IMG/VR virus record: IMGVR_UViG_3300008120_000016
Coordinates: 60,720 to 124,719 of that record
From: a virus
Strand: one strand, 5' to 3'
DNA length: 64,000 nucleotides
Shown here piece by piece: positions 48,632 through 57,986 of this stretch (positions are counted from its first letter, which is position 1; every line of letters begins with the position of its first letter). The notes under the pieces are model-generated. The model was not told the DNA's origin and made no database searches. It saw nothing but the letters and a program-made list of their open reading frames with translations. A program made the translations under genes and the position numbers.

Positions 48632-50629
48632 TTATGGTATTGGAGGTCCATCTAATGGTGGACAAATGGGATTTGTAGGATCTGTAGGAATTTTTGTTAT
48701 AAACAACCATTTATTTTGTACTACAGATGTCATTGTCCAATCAACAGATGTTCCAAGTATAGGGTATGCTGGCGGAGTAATAGCTGTTATATAACCATAT
48801 AATGTACCACCTGCTACTGTGTTATTTCCTAAGTTTGCACCTATTTCCCATCTATTTGCCGATAGATTAAAATAAACATATGCGATAGGAACTGTAGGAA
48901 CATTAAATACAATATCTGTTATTGTGTAATAAGGTTTTCCACCAAATAAAGTAATCGATCCTGTATAATTTACGTAGTTTTTACCAGCTTCTCCAGTATC
49001 AACTACAAAACATAACTTTATAGGACAACCAGTATAATTACTACATTCACCATTAGTGTACACTATAGGAGTACCAAATACACCAAAGTTTGGATATTCG
49101 ATATTTCTATTAGTGATTGTACAGAAACCAGCATAGTTAGTACCTGCTTCTGCAATTGTCCATTCTGCAAATTCACCATTACAAGTAGTATAAGTTCCAG
49201 TTCTAGGATTACTATCTGGATATTCTACAATTACACAATTACAGCATTGACCAAGCGAAGTTTCTTTAATATATTGTCCTGTTGAAGTAACAACAGTCCA
49301 TGTACCTTCCAATGTTGATGAAAGTAAATATCCTACTAAAGTACCTGAAGTTGCATTAACTCTTGCTTCCCATCTAAAACCAGTCCAAAAAACAAGTAAA
49401 ACATCAGGACCACTTGTAAAATTCCAAGTGTAAGCATATTTACCATTAATTTTTTGTATGTACCCTGAATCATCTATATAAGGTATTCCAGTGGAAAAAG
49501 GTTCAATACAAGGAGGTCCACCATCATAAGGTTCAACACAAGGAACTTTTCCGACAGCACAAATTAAATCAGGACATGGTCCTTGTTGAGAAACTGCAAC
49601 ACCCGTTTTATCACAATCATCAATATCACCAATACATTGCCATCCTGTAATCCCACTTATTGGAACATAAGTAGTTGTATTTAATATATAAACAAGAGGT
49701 GGTTTTGGAGGGGGTTGTGTAATTGTCCATTCCCATCTATTATTTGTATTTGACCATATAATTGTCATAGGAAAACCACCATATGTAAATGAATAAGATG
49801 GTTTATTATTTGTAATACCTGTTTGAGTAATTGTTTGACCTTCACCTGCACCTCCCAAAGAAGGAAGACCAACAGCTTCACCTGCAATACTAACACATAA
49901 TGATGTAATACATCCTACACTTATTGATACCTCACCAAAAGCTTTATCACAATTACTATTAAAACCACTTGGATTATATACACATGTCCATGGTGTTGTA
50001 TTGGATATTGGTGTTGGAGTATCATCATCTAAATACGCATAAAAAGAGGTTACTGTATTATTATCATTACAATCTAATAAAACCCTCCATGTTTGTGATG
50101 CAGTATCCCATTTTACACATCCATTTGCTGCAAAAGTATAAATAGGTTTACCATTTTCTATACCATTTACTTCTAATATTTCAGTAAATGGTGCACTTGC
50201 CGATCCTCCGTCAAAACTTATACATAATGGTTCAGGTACAGCTGTAGTAGTACTTGTTGTAGGGGCAGCTGTTGTAGGTGGTATAGTAGTCGTTGTAGGT
50301 GCTATAGTAGTTGTCGTAGGTGGTATAGTAGTTGTCGGAGCTATTGTAGTAGTAGGAACAGATAATAATGTAACAGCAATATCAAAATAACAACAACGAT
50401 CTGGAGGAAATAACTTTGCTAATATTTTAAATATAATATCACAAAGAGGGTCGCCTTTTTCTATAAAAGAACAGGGATAATCTGATCCTGCCCATTTAAC
50501 ACAACATATATCAATAACATCATCTCCACATGGATCTTTCGGATTACAATCTGGTAAGCATGTTACACCAGGTGGTAAACAAAAAGCACAAGGATCACAA
50601 TTTGGAGATTTGTTACAAGTACAAGACAT
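48632..50629 (-). CDS. Mucin-like Cys/Thr-rich protein (type-B N-domain) with four repeated beta-rich modules, 665 aa
   Basis: CCVKWAGSDYPC..KGD N-domain. PTTTIAP repeats. Four LC...(N/G)(G/N)KxxY modules, most followed by an RWE-like motif. Confidence 0.78.
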   Translation of the reverse strand: MSCTCNKSPNCDPCAFCLPPGVTCLPDCNPKDPCGDDVIDICCVKWAGSDYPCSFIEKGDPLCDIIFKILAKLFPPDRCCYFDIAVTLLSVPTTTIAPTTTIPPTTTTIAPTTTTIPPTTAAPTTSTTTAVPEPLCISFDGGSASAPFTEILEVNGIENGKPIYTFAANGCVKWDTASQTWRVLLDCNDNNTVTSFYAYLDDDTPTPISNTTPWTCVYNPSGFNSNCDKAFGEVSISVGCITSLCVSIAGEAVGLPSLGGAGEGQTITQTGITNNKPSYSFTYGGFPMTIIWSNTNNRWEWTITQPPPKPPLVYILNTTTYVPISGITGWQCIGDIDDCDKTGVAVSQQGPCPDLICAVGKVPCVEPYDGGPPCIEPFSTGIPYIDDSGYIQKINGKYAYTWNFTSGPDVLLVFWTGFRWEARVNATSGTLVGYLLSSTLEGTWTVVTSTGQYIKETSLGQCCNCVIVEYPDSNPRTGTYTTCNGEFAEWTIAEAGTNYAGFCTITNRNIEYPNFGVFGTPIVYTNGECSNYTGCPIKLCFVVDTGEAGKNYVNYTGSITLFGGKPYYTITDIVFNVPTVPIAYVYFNLSANRWEIGANLGNNTVAGGTLYGYITAITPPAYPILGTSVDWTMTSVVQNKWLFITKIPTDPTNPICPPLDGPPIP

Positions 50630-50631
50630 TA

Positions 50632-52161
50632 TTATCCATTATTTAAACATTCGCAATATCCAGGTAAACTAGAATATGTTATAGTAGCACTAGGTTGTCC
50701 TGATGTTATACTAACAGTTGTATTACATTGTATACACGCTGTAAAATTTGTTGGAGTTGAGGCATCAACTGCTTCAATTACTTTTGAAAACAATGTTCCA
50801 TCAGGTCCTGAATATTCAACAACTAAATTTTCATTTGGTAAATGAGGTGCTGGTATTATTGCTAATCTACCATTCACTAATGCATTCAAAAGAGGATTTA
50901 ATGGATATACAAAAGTCGTAGTTGTTGGAACAGGATTATTAAATGATTGTATTTGTTTAGTAACAGTTTTACTACAAACTGTTCCTTTGTATTCTAAACA
51001 TCCTGTAACTGTAATTGTCCAAGGAACTTGAACATTTAAATTTTGAATATTTATTGTTAAACCAGTTGGTGATTCTGCAGCAGTTTTTAAATTAAATGTT
51101 TCTGTATAAATAGCACCATTACCATCAGATACTTGTATTGTAGACATTGTTGCACAATTACTAAAATACGACGGAATTGTACAATATGAATTAAAAACTA
51201 TATTAATAGTACCTGATTCTATAGTTCTATAAGCATTAAAACCTAACACAAAACTACTACAATCTACGGTAATTGATCCTTTTAAATCAACAACTGCAGC
51301 TCTTATATCACACACTGTTAACCATAAATTTTGCAAAGATTGACCTAAATTATTTACAACAGGATTCCAACCTGGTATATTACTCATTAAGCCATTTTGA
51401 CTTAAAGCATTATAAGAAGATAAATAAGTACATTGTTGACCAACACCGGAATTTAGTTCTGTATTGTTACCGAGAATTTCTCTCAAACGACAAAATTCTA
51501 CATCTATTTCTTGTAACATTGTTACAATAGAAACTGGATTATTAGCAACCAATGTTCCAAAACTGCAAAAAGGAGTTACAGAAGGTAATTCAAAATCTGG
51601 TTTTAACTCAAGTGTATTAATTCTAGTTTCGTGATTTTCAATTTGACTTGTATGAGTATTAACAAGAGTTTTAAGTGTGCAATATGAATTTGCAAGTAAT
51701 ACAGCATAATCACTTATTGGTAAAGACGTGATTAACAAACCTGTATTAGAATCAGTGTATTGTAAACATTCTGGAAGAACTAACTCACCACTTGAACTAA
51801 AACCATCTTCAAAAGCAAATGATTTTGCAAATGATTGAACCATTGGCATTGCTCCACCCCCACCTCCACTACAACATACTTTATCTATAAGTAATTGAAG
51901 TATTGCACTTAAAGTTTTTGCTGGAGGAACAGCTTGAGGACCACAATAAATATCATTTATTAAACATGTTACATCTACATCATCTAATGAAACACTATTT
52001 TGAAAATCACAAACAATTGTAGCAAGTTTATAAACAACATCAGAAACAGAATCACCTTTACATAAATTAATGCAAGATATGTCTGGTCCTTGCCATATCA
52101 CACAATTAGATGATATAGGTAGGCAATTTTCTTTTTCTGAACTTGACCTTACAGGTTTCAT
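50632..52161 (-). CDS. Cys-rich structural protein (type-B N-domain), 509 aa
   Basis: ISSNCVIWQGPDISCINLCKGDSVSDVVYKL. Coiled-coil-like middle region. Confidence 0.7.
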   Translation of the reverse strand: MKPVRSSSEKENCLPISSNCVIWQGPDISCINLCKGDSVSDVVYKLATIVCDFQNSVSLDDVDVTCLINDIYCGPQAVPPAKTLSAILQLLIDKVCCSGGGGGAMPMVQSFAKSFAFEDGFSSSGELVLPECLQYTDSNTGLLITSLPISDYAVLLANSYCTLKTLVNTHTSQIENHETRINTLELKPDFELPSVTPFCSFGTLVANNPVSIVTMLQEIDVEFCRLREILGNNTELNSGVGQQCTYLSSYNALSQNGLMSNIPGWNPVVNNLGQSLQNLWLTVCDIRAAVVDLKGSITVDCSSFVLGFNAYRTIESGTINIVFNSYCTIPSYFSNCATMSTIQVSDGNGAIYTETFNLKTAAESPTGLTINIQNLNVQVPWTITVTGCLEYKGTVCSKTVTKQIQSFNNPVPTTTTFVYPLNPLLNALVNGRLAIIPAPHLPNENLVVEYSGPDGTLFSKVIEAVDASTPTNFTACIQCNTTVSITSGQPSATITYSSLPGYCECLNNG

Positions 52162-52162
52162 G

Positions 52163-52327
52163 TTATTTAGAATTTATTTCTTTAGATATTTTTTCTTTAG
52201 TTTCCTTTTTTCTAATTTCTTCAGTCTTCTTTATGATAAAATTGTACAAAGGAAATCCATATTTAAATGGCAAATCGTCAACGTATTTCATTAAATCAGC
52301 AACTTCTTCTTTTGTTAAAATAATCAT
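52163..52327 (-). CDS. 54-aa hypothetical protein (MIILTKEEVADLMKYVDDLPFKYGFPLYNFI...)
   Basis: Translated by hand. AAACCAA leader. Fills the gap on the coding strand. Confidence 0.65.
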   Translation of the reverse strand: MIILTKEEVADLMKYVDDLPFKYGFPLYNFIIKKTEEIRKKETKEKISKEINSK

Positions 52328-52408
52328 AACTTGTTGGTTTTTAAGTTTTTATAAAAAAGTAAAGCTATTACCTTTAGTACAGCTTTACATTATAAGATAC
52401 TCAATTTT

Positions 52409-52804
52409 CTAAACATTTCCAAATTTCAAACAACATCGTTTAATTGATTTAATTGAATGATTTGGATCAAAAAAATCTAAAAGAGCATCTAATATTTTAC
52501 CAGTTCTAGTAAGAGTTTTGGTAAGTTTGTTTTTACCAATTACGCTACTAATAGTTTCACCATAATTACCAAATCGATCAACACTTTCTTTCTTAATTAA
52601 CGTGTCGTTAAAAAGTTCAGAACATGCTACATTACCATATATATCTACAGCTGTAGCAAGTTTTACAAATTTTTGATTTATTGCAGGTAAACCTTCTTGA
52701 AAGAATCTTCTTTTATAAACCATTTTAAATATCATATATACAAATCCAAGGGGAAGTAGTATAACAGATATTATTAATGATATTATATAAAGAATAACTC
52801 CCAC
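52409..52804 (-). CDS. Membrane-anchored hypothetical phage protein
   Basis: GTG start overlapping the upstream TAG. N-terminal TM helix. GNVACSELFN...FGNYGETISSVIGKN. Confidence 0.6.
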   Translation of the reverse strand: MGVILYIISLIISVILLPLGFVYMIFKMVYKRRFFQEGLPAINQKFVKLATAVDIYGNVACSELFNDTLIKKESVDRFGNYGETISSVIGKNKLTKTLTRTGKILDALLDFFDPNHSIKSIKRCCLKFGNV

Positions 52805-53187
52805 TATGCGTTAAGTTTATTTTTAGCATATTGAATGTATGCTGCGACATTTTCCTGATTAGCTGTTCTAATAGCTTGAGTTTCTGTAGCTAATGTAATC
52901 CAATCTTCATCATTTGCAGTTACACCAGCAGTAATTTGAGGAAGTAAAAGATTATACATTTCTTCATTAGGTGTAGTGAACTGACCTTCTGGTTCAGCAC
53001 CAAGCTTTTTAAACACTGTGATAAAGAAATTTACATCACTTTCAACAGTAGTGAGATCGTCATCTAATTTATTAGCACATGCTATCTTAATCTTTTCTAA
53101 TGTAGAAAAGGAAACACTGGCTTGATCCTTAAAAAGGACATAAGAAATAAGATAGAAATGTTTTACTTTTAATTCTACTTGTACCAT
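52804..53187 (-). CDS. Hypothetical protein downstream of the tail fibre (possible fibre chaperone)
   Basis: ORF track. Position only. Confidence 0.55.
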   Translation of the reverse strand: MVQVELKVKHFYLISYVLFKDQASVSFSTLEKIKIACANKLDDDLTTVESDVNFFITVFKKLGAEPEGQFTTPNEEMYNLLLPQITAGVTANDEDWITLATETQAIRTANQENVAAYIQYAKNKLNA

Positions 53188-53197
53188 GTTTTTGTTT

Positions 53198-56100
53198 TTA
53201 TTCTATAAATAATATAACGTTCATACTCATTGTTGAAGGTGCTGTCGTCCAAGCAGGAGTAATAACTCTAACTTGTAATTGGTCTCCTTGGTTTACCTGC
53301 AAAGGAGTTATATTGTAAAAAGTATTTCTTGCAGGAGGACTTCCGCTAAACAATCCTGATGTTATTTGATATGTAGTATCAATAGGAGAATTTGTATTTT
53401 GAGTGATATTGTGCACTCTAATTTGCATTTGAGAAGTTGATGGAGATCCGTAAGATGCTGAATTTAATTGAACAACTAAACTTGCAGAAACAATATTACC
53501 AACTTTAGGGCACAATACCCATCTACTTGGTCTATTCTCAAACAAAGTAATTGCACCAGATCCGTACAATGTACCCATCACATAGGTTTCACTAGCTGCT
53601 AAAGCCGTGACATTGAATCCCATTATTAGTGTATAACCAAAACCAGACCCACCAACACCACCATAAGTAGGTACATTTAAAACACCTGTTGTATTGTTAT
53701 ATGTTGCTGCACCAGAAGAACCAATTGTAGTTAGAGATATTGATTGTCTAGCTCTTGCGTCAGTGTAATATAAATTACCACTTTCAGGAACAGCAGCGGT
53801 GTTTAATGTTTGCCATGTCTTATCACCTCTCCAATATTGAAGTATTGTTCCAGCTGCAATACTGTCTTCTTTTGCATTTAATGCAGTTTGTGTTGCAGTA
53901 CTTATTGGTTTATTTAAGTCACTTGTGTTATCAACATTTGATAAACCTACAGCACTTTTATCTAATGTTTGCCATGTTTTATCTCCCCTCCAGTATTGAA
54001 GAGTAGTTCCTAAAGCAATACCTGGTTCTTTTGAATTCCAGTTAGCAGCACTAGCAATTCTTGAATCTGCAAGTGTTCCTGACCATCCAAGTGTATGAAC
54101 TGTCCCAGCACTATTGATTATTACATTTGTATCATTTGCAAAAGTTTGACTAGTTCCTGTTAATCCATTAAGTGAGTTAATACCACCAAGAGCAGGTACA
54201 TTAGTTATTTTAGACCAATCAAGAGATGTAATCCAAGAAGGATCTGCATAAGAACCTGTACTCAGAATATCACCTACACTCCAAGTTCTATTTGCAGATA
54301 AATCTTGTGCAAGTCCATTTATTGTAATAGTACGAGACTCAGGAGTATAATTAGTATTATCATATGATATTGATGTACCAATAGCTTTTACAAATCCTGT
54401 ACCATTAAGTGCACTCTGTTTACTTTTAAAATCAAGCCAATCTGCTATACTAAGTTTACCATTAGCACTAGCTGATGCAAATGGAAGATTAAATGTGTGA
54501 GTATCTAATGCTGAACTGATATTAAAATCAGTTCCTGAAGTACCTTGAGTAAAAAATTGTGTTTGAACACTAAGTCCATTTAAAGAAGCAAGACCAGTAG
54601 AGAATGTTGTTATAAGTTCTGATAATGTACCATTTTCTGTGTGTAGTACTACATTTCTACCTGACGTAGTAACAAATATCCTTATAGCTAATCTATCCGT
54701 AGCCAATAAAGGTGTTTGCGGAACACTTATAGTTGTGTAATAAACATCAATACTTGTACCATTTGTAATACCTTCAGGGAAAGCAGAATCGCTCGCTATA
54801 AAAGTAAATACATTAGTATTGCTAACCTTGTATATCTCAGTATAGAAAGATGGACTGCCACCACCACTACTTGCACTAAAATAAAATTCAACATGAAAAT
54901 TACCACCTGGTATTTGTAAAAGATTAGGATCACCAGCATCAGTAATAAATGAAGCTATATATCCATTTCCTTGAGCGTCCAATCTTGTAAAAGTAGTCCC
55001 ACCTCCAACAACAGGAACTTTGCTTAGCTCATAATATACATCTCCTCCAAAAGTTCCTTGAGACACACTACCATTTAAGTAGTAATTAACAGAAGATCCA
55101 CCACCAACATTAGTGGGGAAATCAGCAAGTGAACCATCTCCACGAATATATTGAGAAGGTAATCCAGCACCTGTAACAGCAAGTGTTCCAGCTCCTGTAA
55201 CAGGACTACTTCCAACATTAAATGCTGCAGGCATTGTAAGACCTACACTTGTAACTGTACCAACACTCCATGTTCTATCAGCAGTAAGATCTTGCGATGT
55301 ACCATTGATAGTGATGCTTCTCGCGTTTGTAACAGGTGTGTATCCTAAAGCAGTTGTTACATCTAAAGATGAAATACTAGTAAGATATGTATTTGTATCC
55401 AGAGCAAATGTTCCAACACCTGTCATTTTCACAAATGGTGTACCACTAACCCATGTAGGATAATTTAAACCTCCCCATGTACCAACAGTTGGTATTGCAG
55501 GTTTATTAAGTATTTGATTATTACCAGTTGTTGCATTCCAATCTACAGGTTCTTGAATTAAAGGAAATCCTGCACCAAGATTAACCCAATATGATGTACT
55601 AGTTGGTATGATAGAATCATTATTTGCAATACATTCATAAACATTTCCACTATAATAAACAAGATCACCAATTAAATATTCATTTCCAGTTGCAGTTGTG
55701 TGATTAGCTGACCAAGGTAATGCCGTTAAAATTGCAGAAGGAATTATAGGTAAATTAAGTAAATCATTATAATCACCTGATGTAGCAACTGTTGCTAATA
55801 ATGGTTTATTAAGTATTTCTTGTACTCCTGAAACTGCATTCCAATCTGAATTAACCTGTGCTGCAGGTATAGTTGGAAAAGTAGCCAAGCTCCCATCACC
55901 TCTCAAATATTGCAAAGTTGTTCCAGTTGGATTATTAAACTTAGCATTTAGTGCATTTTGTAAATCAGTTTGAGAAGAGAGAGTACCTGTTATACTTCCC
56001 CATGTGGTTGCTGCTGTAGAAATAGTCCATGATCTATCAGCAGATAAATCAAAAGTTGTCCCATTAATTGTAATATTACGATTAAGTGGTACGTATGTAG

Positions 56101-56551
56101 ATGCTGCTAGAGCAGATGTAAGATAACCAGCTGTTGCATGATTACCCCAACCATATGCTGTATCCCAATTTGATATTTGTGTATTTGTAATTGCTTTTAC
56201 AGCGGCAGGTACTGTAGGATCAGTTTCTGTAAAACTAGTTAAATAACCTGCAGGGTTTGTTAATCTTGGATAATAATTAGCTACAAGATAATTTATTAAA
56301 TCTGTTTGTGCTGTTAAAGTACCTGAAATTGAACCCCAAGTAAGAGAAGGAGCAATACCACTGTTCCACGTGGAACCTGTCCAAAAATATGGAGTTAGAA
56401 GTGTTGTATCGTAAACCTGATATCCAATATCACTTATACCTAATGTAGCACCTAATGCTGTTCTTTGAGCAGTAGTAACATTGTGTAATCTGCTATTTAA
56501 AAGCTGATTAGCAACTAGATCAACATCGTGTAAATATTTTTTTAGTGGCAT
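53198..56551 (-). CDS. Tail fibre / receptor-binding protein, 1117 aa
   Basis: Repeats R(N/S/T)ITINGxxxDLxAxRxW (x3), QY(L/I/W)RGD (x4), WGSI(S/T)GTL..QTDL (x2) and DWNA..G...ILNKP (x2). CBM5/12-like YLIGDLVYYSGNVYEC...YW. Confidence 0.8.
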   Translation of the reverse strand: MPLKKYLHDVDLVANQLLNSRLHNVTTAQRTALGATLGISDIGYQVYDTTLLTPYFWTGSTWNSGIAPSLTWGSISGTLTAQTDLINYLVANYYPRLTNPAGYLTSFTETDPTVPAAVKAITNTQISNWDTAYGWGNHATAGYLTSALAASTYVPLNRNITINGTTFDLSADRSWTISTAATTWGSITGTLSSQTDLQNALNAKFNNPTGTTLQYLRGDGSLATFPTIPAAQVNSDWNAVSGVQEILNKPLLATVATSGDYNDLLNLPIIPSAILTALPWSANHTTATGNEYLIGDLVYYSGNVYECIANNDSIIPTSTSYWVNLGAGFPLIQEPVDWNATTGNNQILNKPAIPTVGTWGGLNYPTWVSGTPFVKMTGVGTFALDTNTYLTSISSLDVTTALGYTPVTNARSITINGTSQDLTADRTWSVGTVTSVGLTMPAAFNVGSSPVTGAGTLAVTGAGLPSQYIRGDGSLADFPTNVGGGSSVNYYLNGSVSQGTFGGDVYYELSKVPVVGGGTTFTRLDAQGNGYIASFITDAGDPNLLQIPGGNFHVEFYFSASSGGGSPSFYTEIYKVSNTNVFTFIASDSAFPEGITNGTSIDVYYTTISVPQTPLLATDRLAIRIFVTTSGRNVVLHTENGTLSELITTFSTGLASLNGLSVQTQFFTQGTSGTDFNISSALDTHTFNLPFASASANGKLSIADWLDFKSKQSALNGTGFVKAIGTSISYDNTNYTPESRTITINGLAQDLSANRTWSVGDILSTGSYADPSWITSLDWSKITNVPALGGINSLNGLTGTSQTFANDTNVIINSAGTVHTLGWSGTLADSRIASAANWNSKEPGIALGTTLQYWRGDKTWQTLDKSAVGLSNVDNTSDLNKPISTATQTALNAKEDSIAAGTILQYWRGDKTWQTLNTAAVPESGNLYYTDARARQSISLTTIGSSGAATYNNTTGVLNVPTYGGVGGSGFGYTLIMGFNVTALAASETYVMGTLYGSGAITLFENRPSRWVLCPKVGNIVSASLVVQLNSASYGSPSTSQMQIRVHNITQNTNSPIDTTYQITSGLFSGSPPARNTFYNITPLQVNQGDQLQVRVITPAWTTAPSTMSMNVILFIE

Positions 56552-56561
56552 CTTTTATATA

Positions 56562-57125
56562 TTAAGAAAGAAATGCCTTACCTGATACAGGTTGGCTAAA
56601 ATTTAATTTAATAGTATTATTATCTACAACTTCAACAGCTGCATCTAAATCTACACCACTACAATCTTCTACCCATATATTTGGAACTAATCCTAAATTA
56701 TGATTAATTGTCCATTGACTAGAAGGTGTTGCACAATCTTGAGTGTATTTAAAAGATGTACCAATATTCACAACAGGATCTACATTTAAATTAGTAATAC
56801 AACCACCTGAATTAATTTCAATTATGTTAGCTGTTGCATTACCATTTGTAAATTTTACTTGAACATTACATTTATTCATGGGATCATGTATTATAGAAAG
56901 TGAAGGAACAAGATTTGCTGTTATATTTACAGAACATAAAGCATCAGCATCATCATTTTTTTTATATTGTAATAATTGATATCTTATTTCATCTAACCAA
57001 TACTTTCTATTAAGTGAACATGATTTTATTCCATATCTCTTTTTACGAAATTCAGAATAAACTGTATTCCCAAAATTTATTGAATACTTTTCAAGCTTTG
57101 ATATATCACTATTATTACAACACAT
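56562..57125 (-). CDS. Structural protein with a C-terminal WTINHNLG...FSQPVSGKAFL module
   Basis: ORF track. The C-terminal module is common in phage tail-associated proteins. Confidence 0.6.
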   Translation of the reverse strand: MCCNNSDISKLEKYSINFGNTVYSEFRKKRYGIKSCSLNRKYWLDEIRYQLLQYKKNDDADALCSVNITANLVPSLSIIHDPMNKCNVQVKFTNGNATANIIEINSGGCITNLNVDPVVNIGTSFKYTQDCATPSSQWTINHNLGLVPNIWVEDCSGVDLDAAVEVVDNNTIKLNFSQPVSGKAFLS

Positions 57126-57265
57126 TAAGGCAATTTTCTATTTTTAAGTTCTGCTAATTTTTTTTCGTAAGCTGCTAAACAACTACTACACACTTGTTTT
57201 CCATCAGATGCAGTACGTTTTTGACATCCACATGTAATCTGAGAGTTACAATTTTGACAATTCAT
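57125..57265 (-). CDS. 46-aa Cys-rich (Zn-finger-like) microprotein MNCQNCNSQITCGCQKRTASDGKQVCSSCLAAYEKK...
   Basis: Translated by hand. CxxC, CxC and CxxC motifs. TAATG coupling to the next gene. Confidence 0.75.
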   Translation of the reverse strand: MNCQNCNSQITCGCQKRTASDGKQVCSSCLAAYEKKLAELKNRKLP

Positions 57266-57285
57266 ATTGGTTTATTTTTGGTTTA

Positions 57286-57864
57286 TTAATGACAAGTTGA
57301 ACAACAACCATCTTTAAGATATTTTTCTAATAACTTATTTGCATAAGCTAAAAGTTCAATACCTTTTTCAACATCGTGACAAATTTCTACTTTAGCTTTA
57401 GCAGCATCGATAAAAGATTTAATCATTCTTAAATCTTCAAGTTGTGCTTTTACGTCTGCTTCGGGTTCACAAGCTGCTAATTCTAATTCACAAAGTTCGT
57501 GAAAATATGTATTTAAAATTTGACAAGTTCTTAAATGATTATATTCTACAAATACTTTATCGTTAGGACTTACAGAATAACGTATAAAATAAACACCATC
57601 GGGTAAAATTTGTGAGTGATCTCCACAACCTGATGATTGCAATCCTAAAGTACAAGCATTTAAAATATAATTAAAAGATACTTCATTTGTAGGTGTAATT
57701 TGTATATTGATTACGGAAGCTTGATTAAAACCTGGAGGTATAATTTCTAATCTCGGACAAGTTACAGGCACATGCTCAGCATATATGCTAGTATCCTGTA
57801 CACGAAATATTTTACAATTATTTGTGTCAGGTATTTCTAAACTTAATTGATGCTTTTTGGCCAT
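57286..57864 (-). CDS. Conserved structural (neck/tail hub-like) protein, by synteny
   Basis: ORF track. LPDGVYFIRYSVSPNDKVFVEYNHLR. Confidence 0.55.
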   Translation of the reverse strand: MAKKHQLSLEIPDTNNCKIFRVQDTSIYAEHVPVTCPRLEIIPPGFNQASVINIQITPTNEVSFNYILNACTLGLQSSGCGDHSQILPDGVYFIRYSVSPNDKVFVEYNHLRTCQILNTYFHELCELELAACEPEADVKAQLEDLRMIKSFIDAAKAKVEICHDVEKGIELLAYANKLLEKYLKDGCCSTCH

Positions 57865-57940
57865 TATTATAAACTTTTATTGGAAATAATTATAGAACCC
57901 CTCAATTATAATATACAATTATTTGAGGATTTTTCAAAAT

Positions 57941-57965
57941 AAAAAAGGGGGACAAATTGTCCCCC
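57941..57965 (-). terminator. Intrinsic terminator
   Basis: GGGGGACA-ATT-TGTCCCCC followed by TTTTTT, just after the 408-aa gene. Confidence 0.85.
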
Positions 57966-57986
57966 AGTTTCATATTACATAAACTA

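Noticed and set aside
46597-50360. CRISPR array or DGR variable repeat
   Set aside because: The repeats are in-frame peptide repeats without unique spacers. No reverse transcriptase or adenine-specific template/variable pair was seen.
41011-52161. Eukaryotic contamination or chimera as the source of the mucin-like genes
   Set aside because: No introns or signal peptides, same strand, same AT-rich style, operon-like spacing, and seamless flanking by phage genes.
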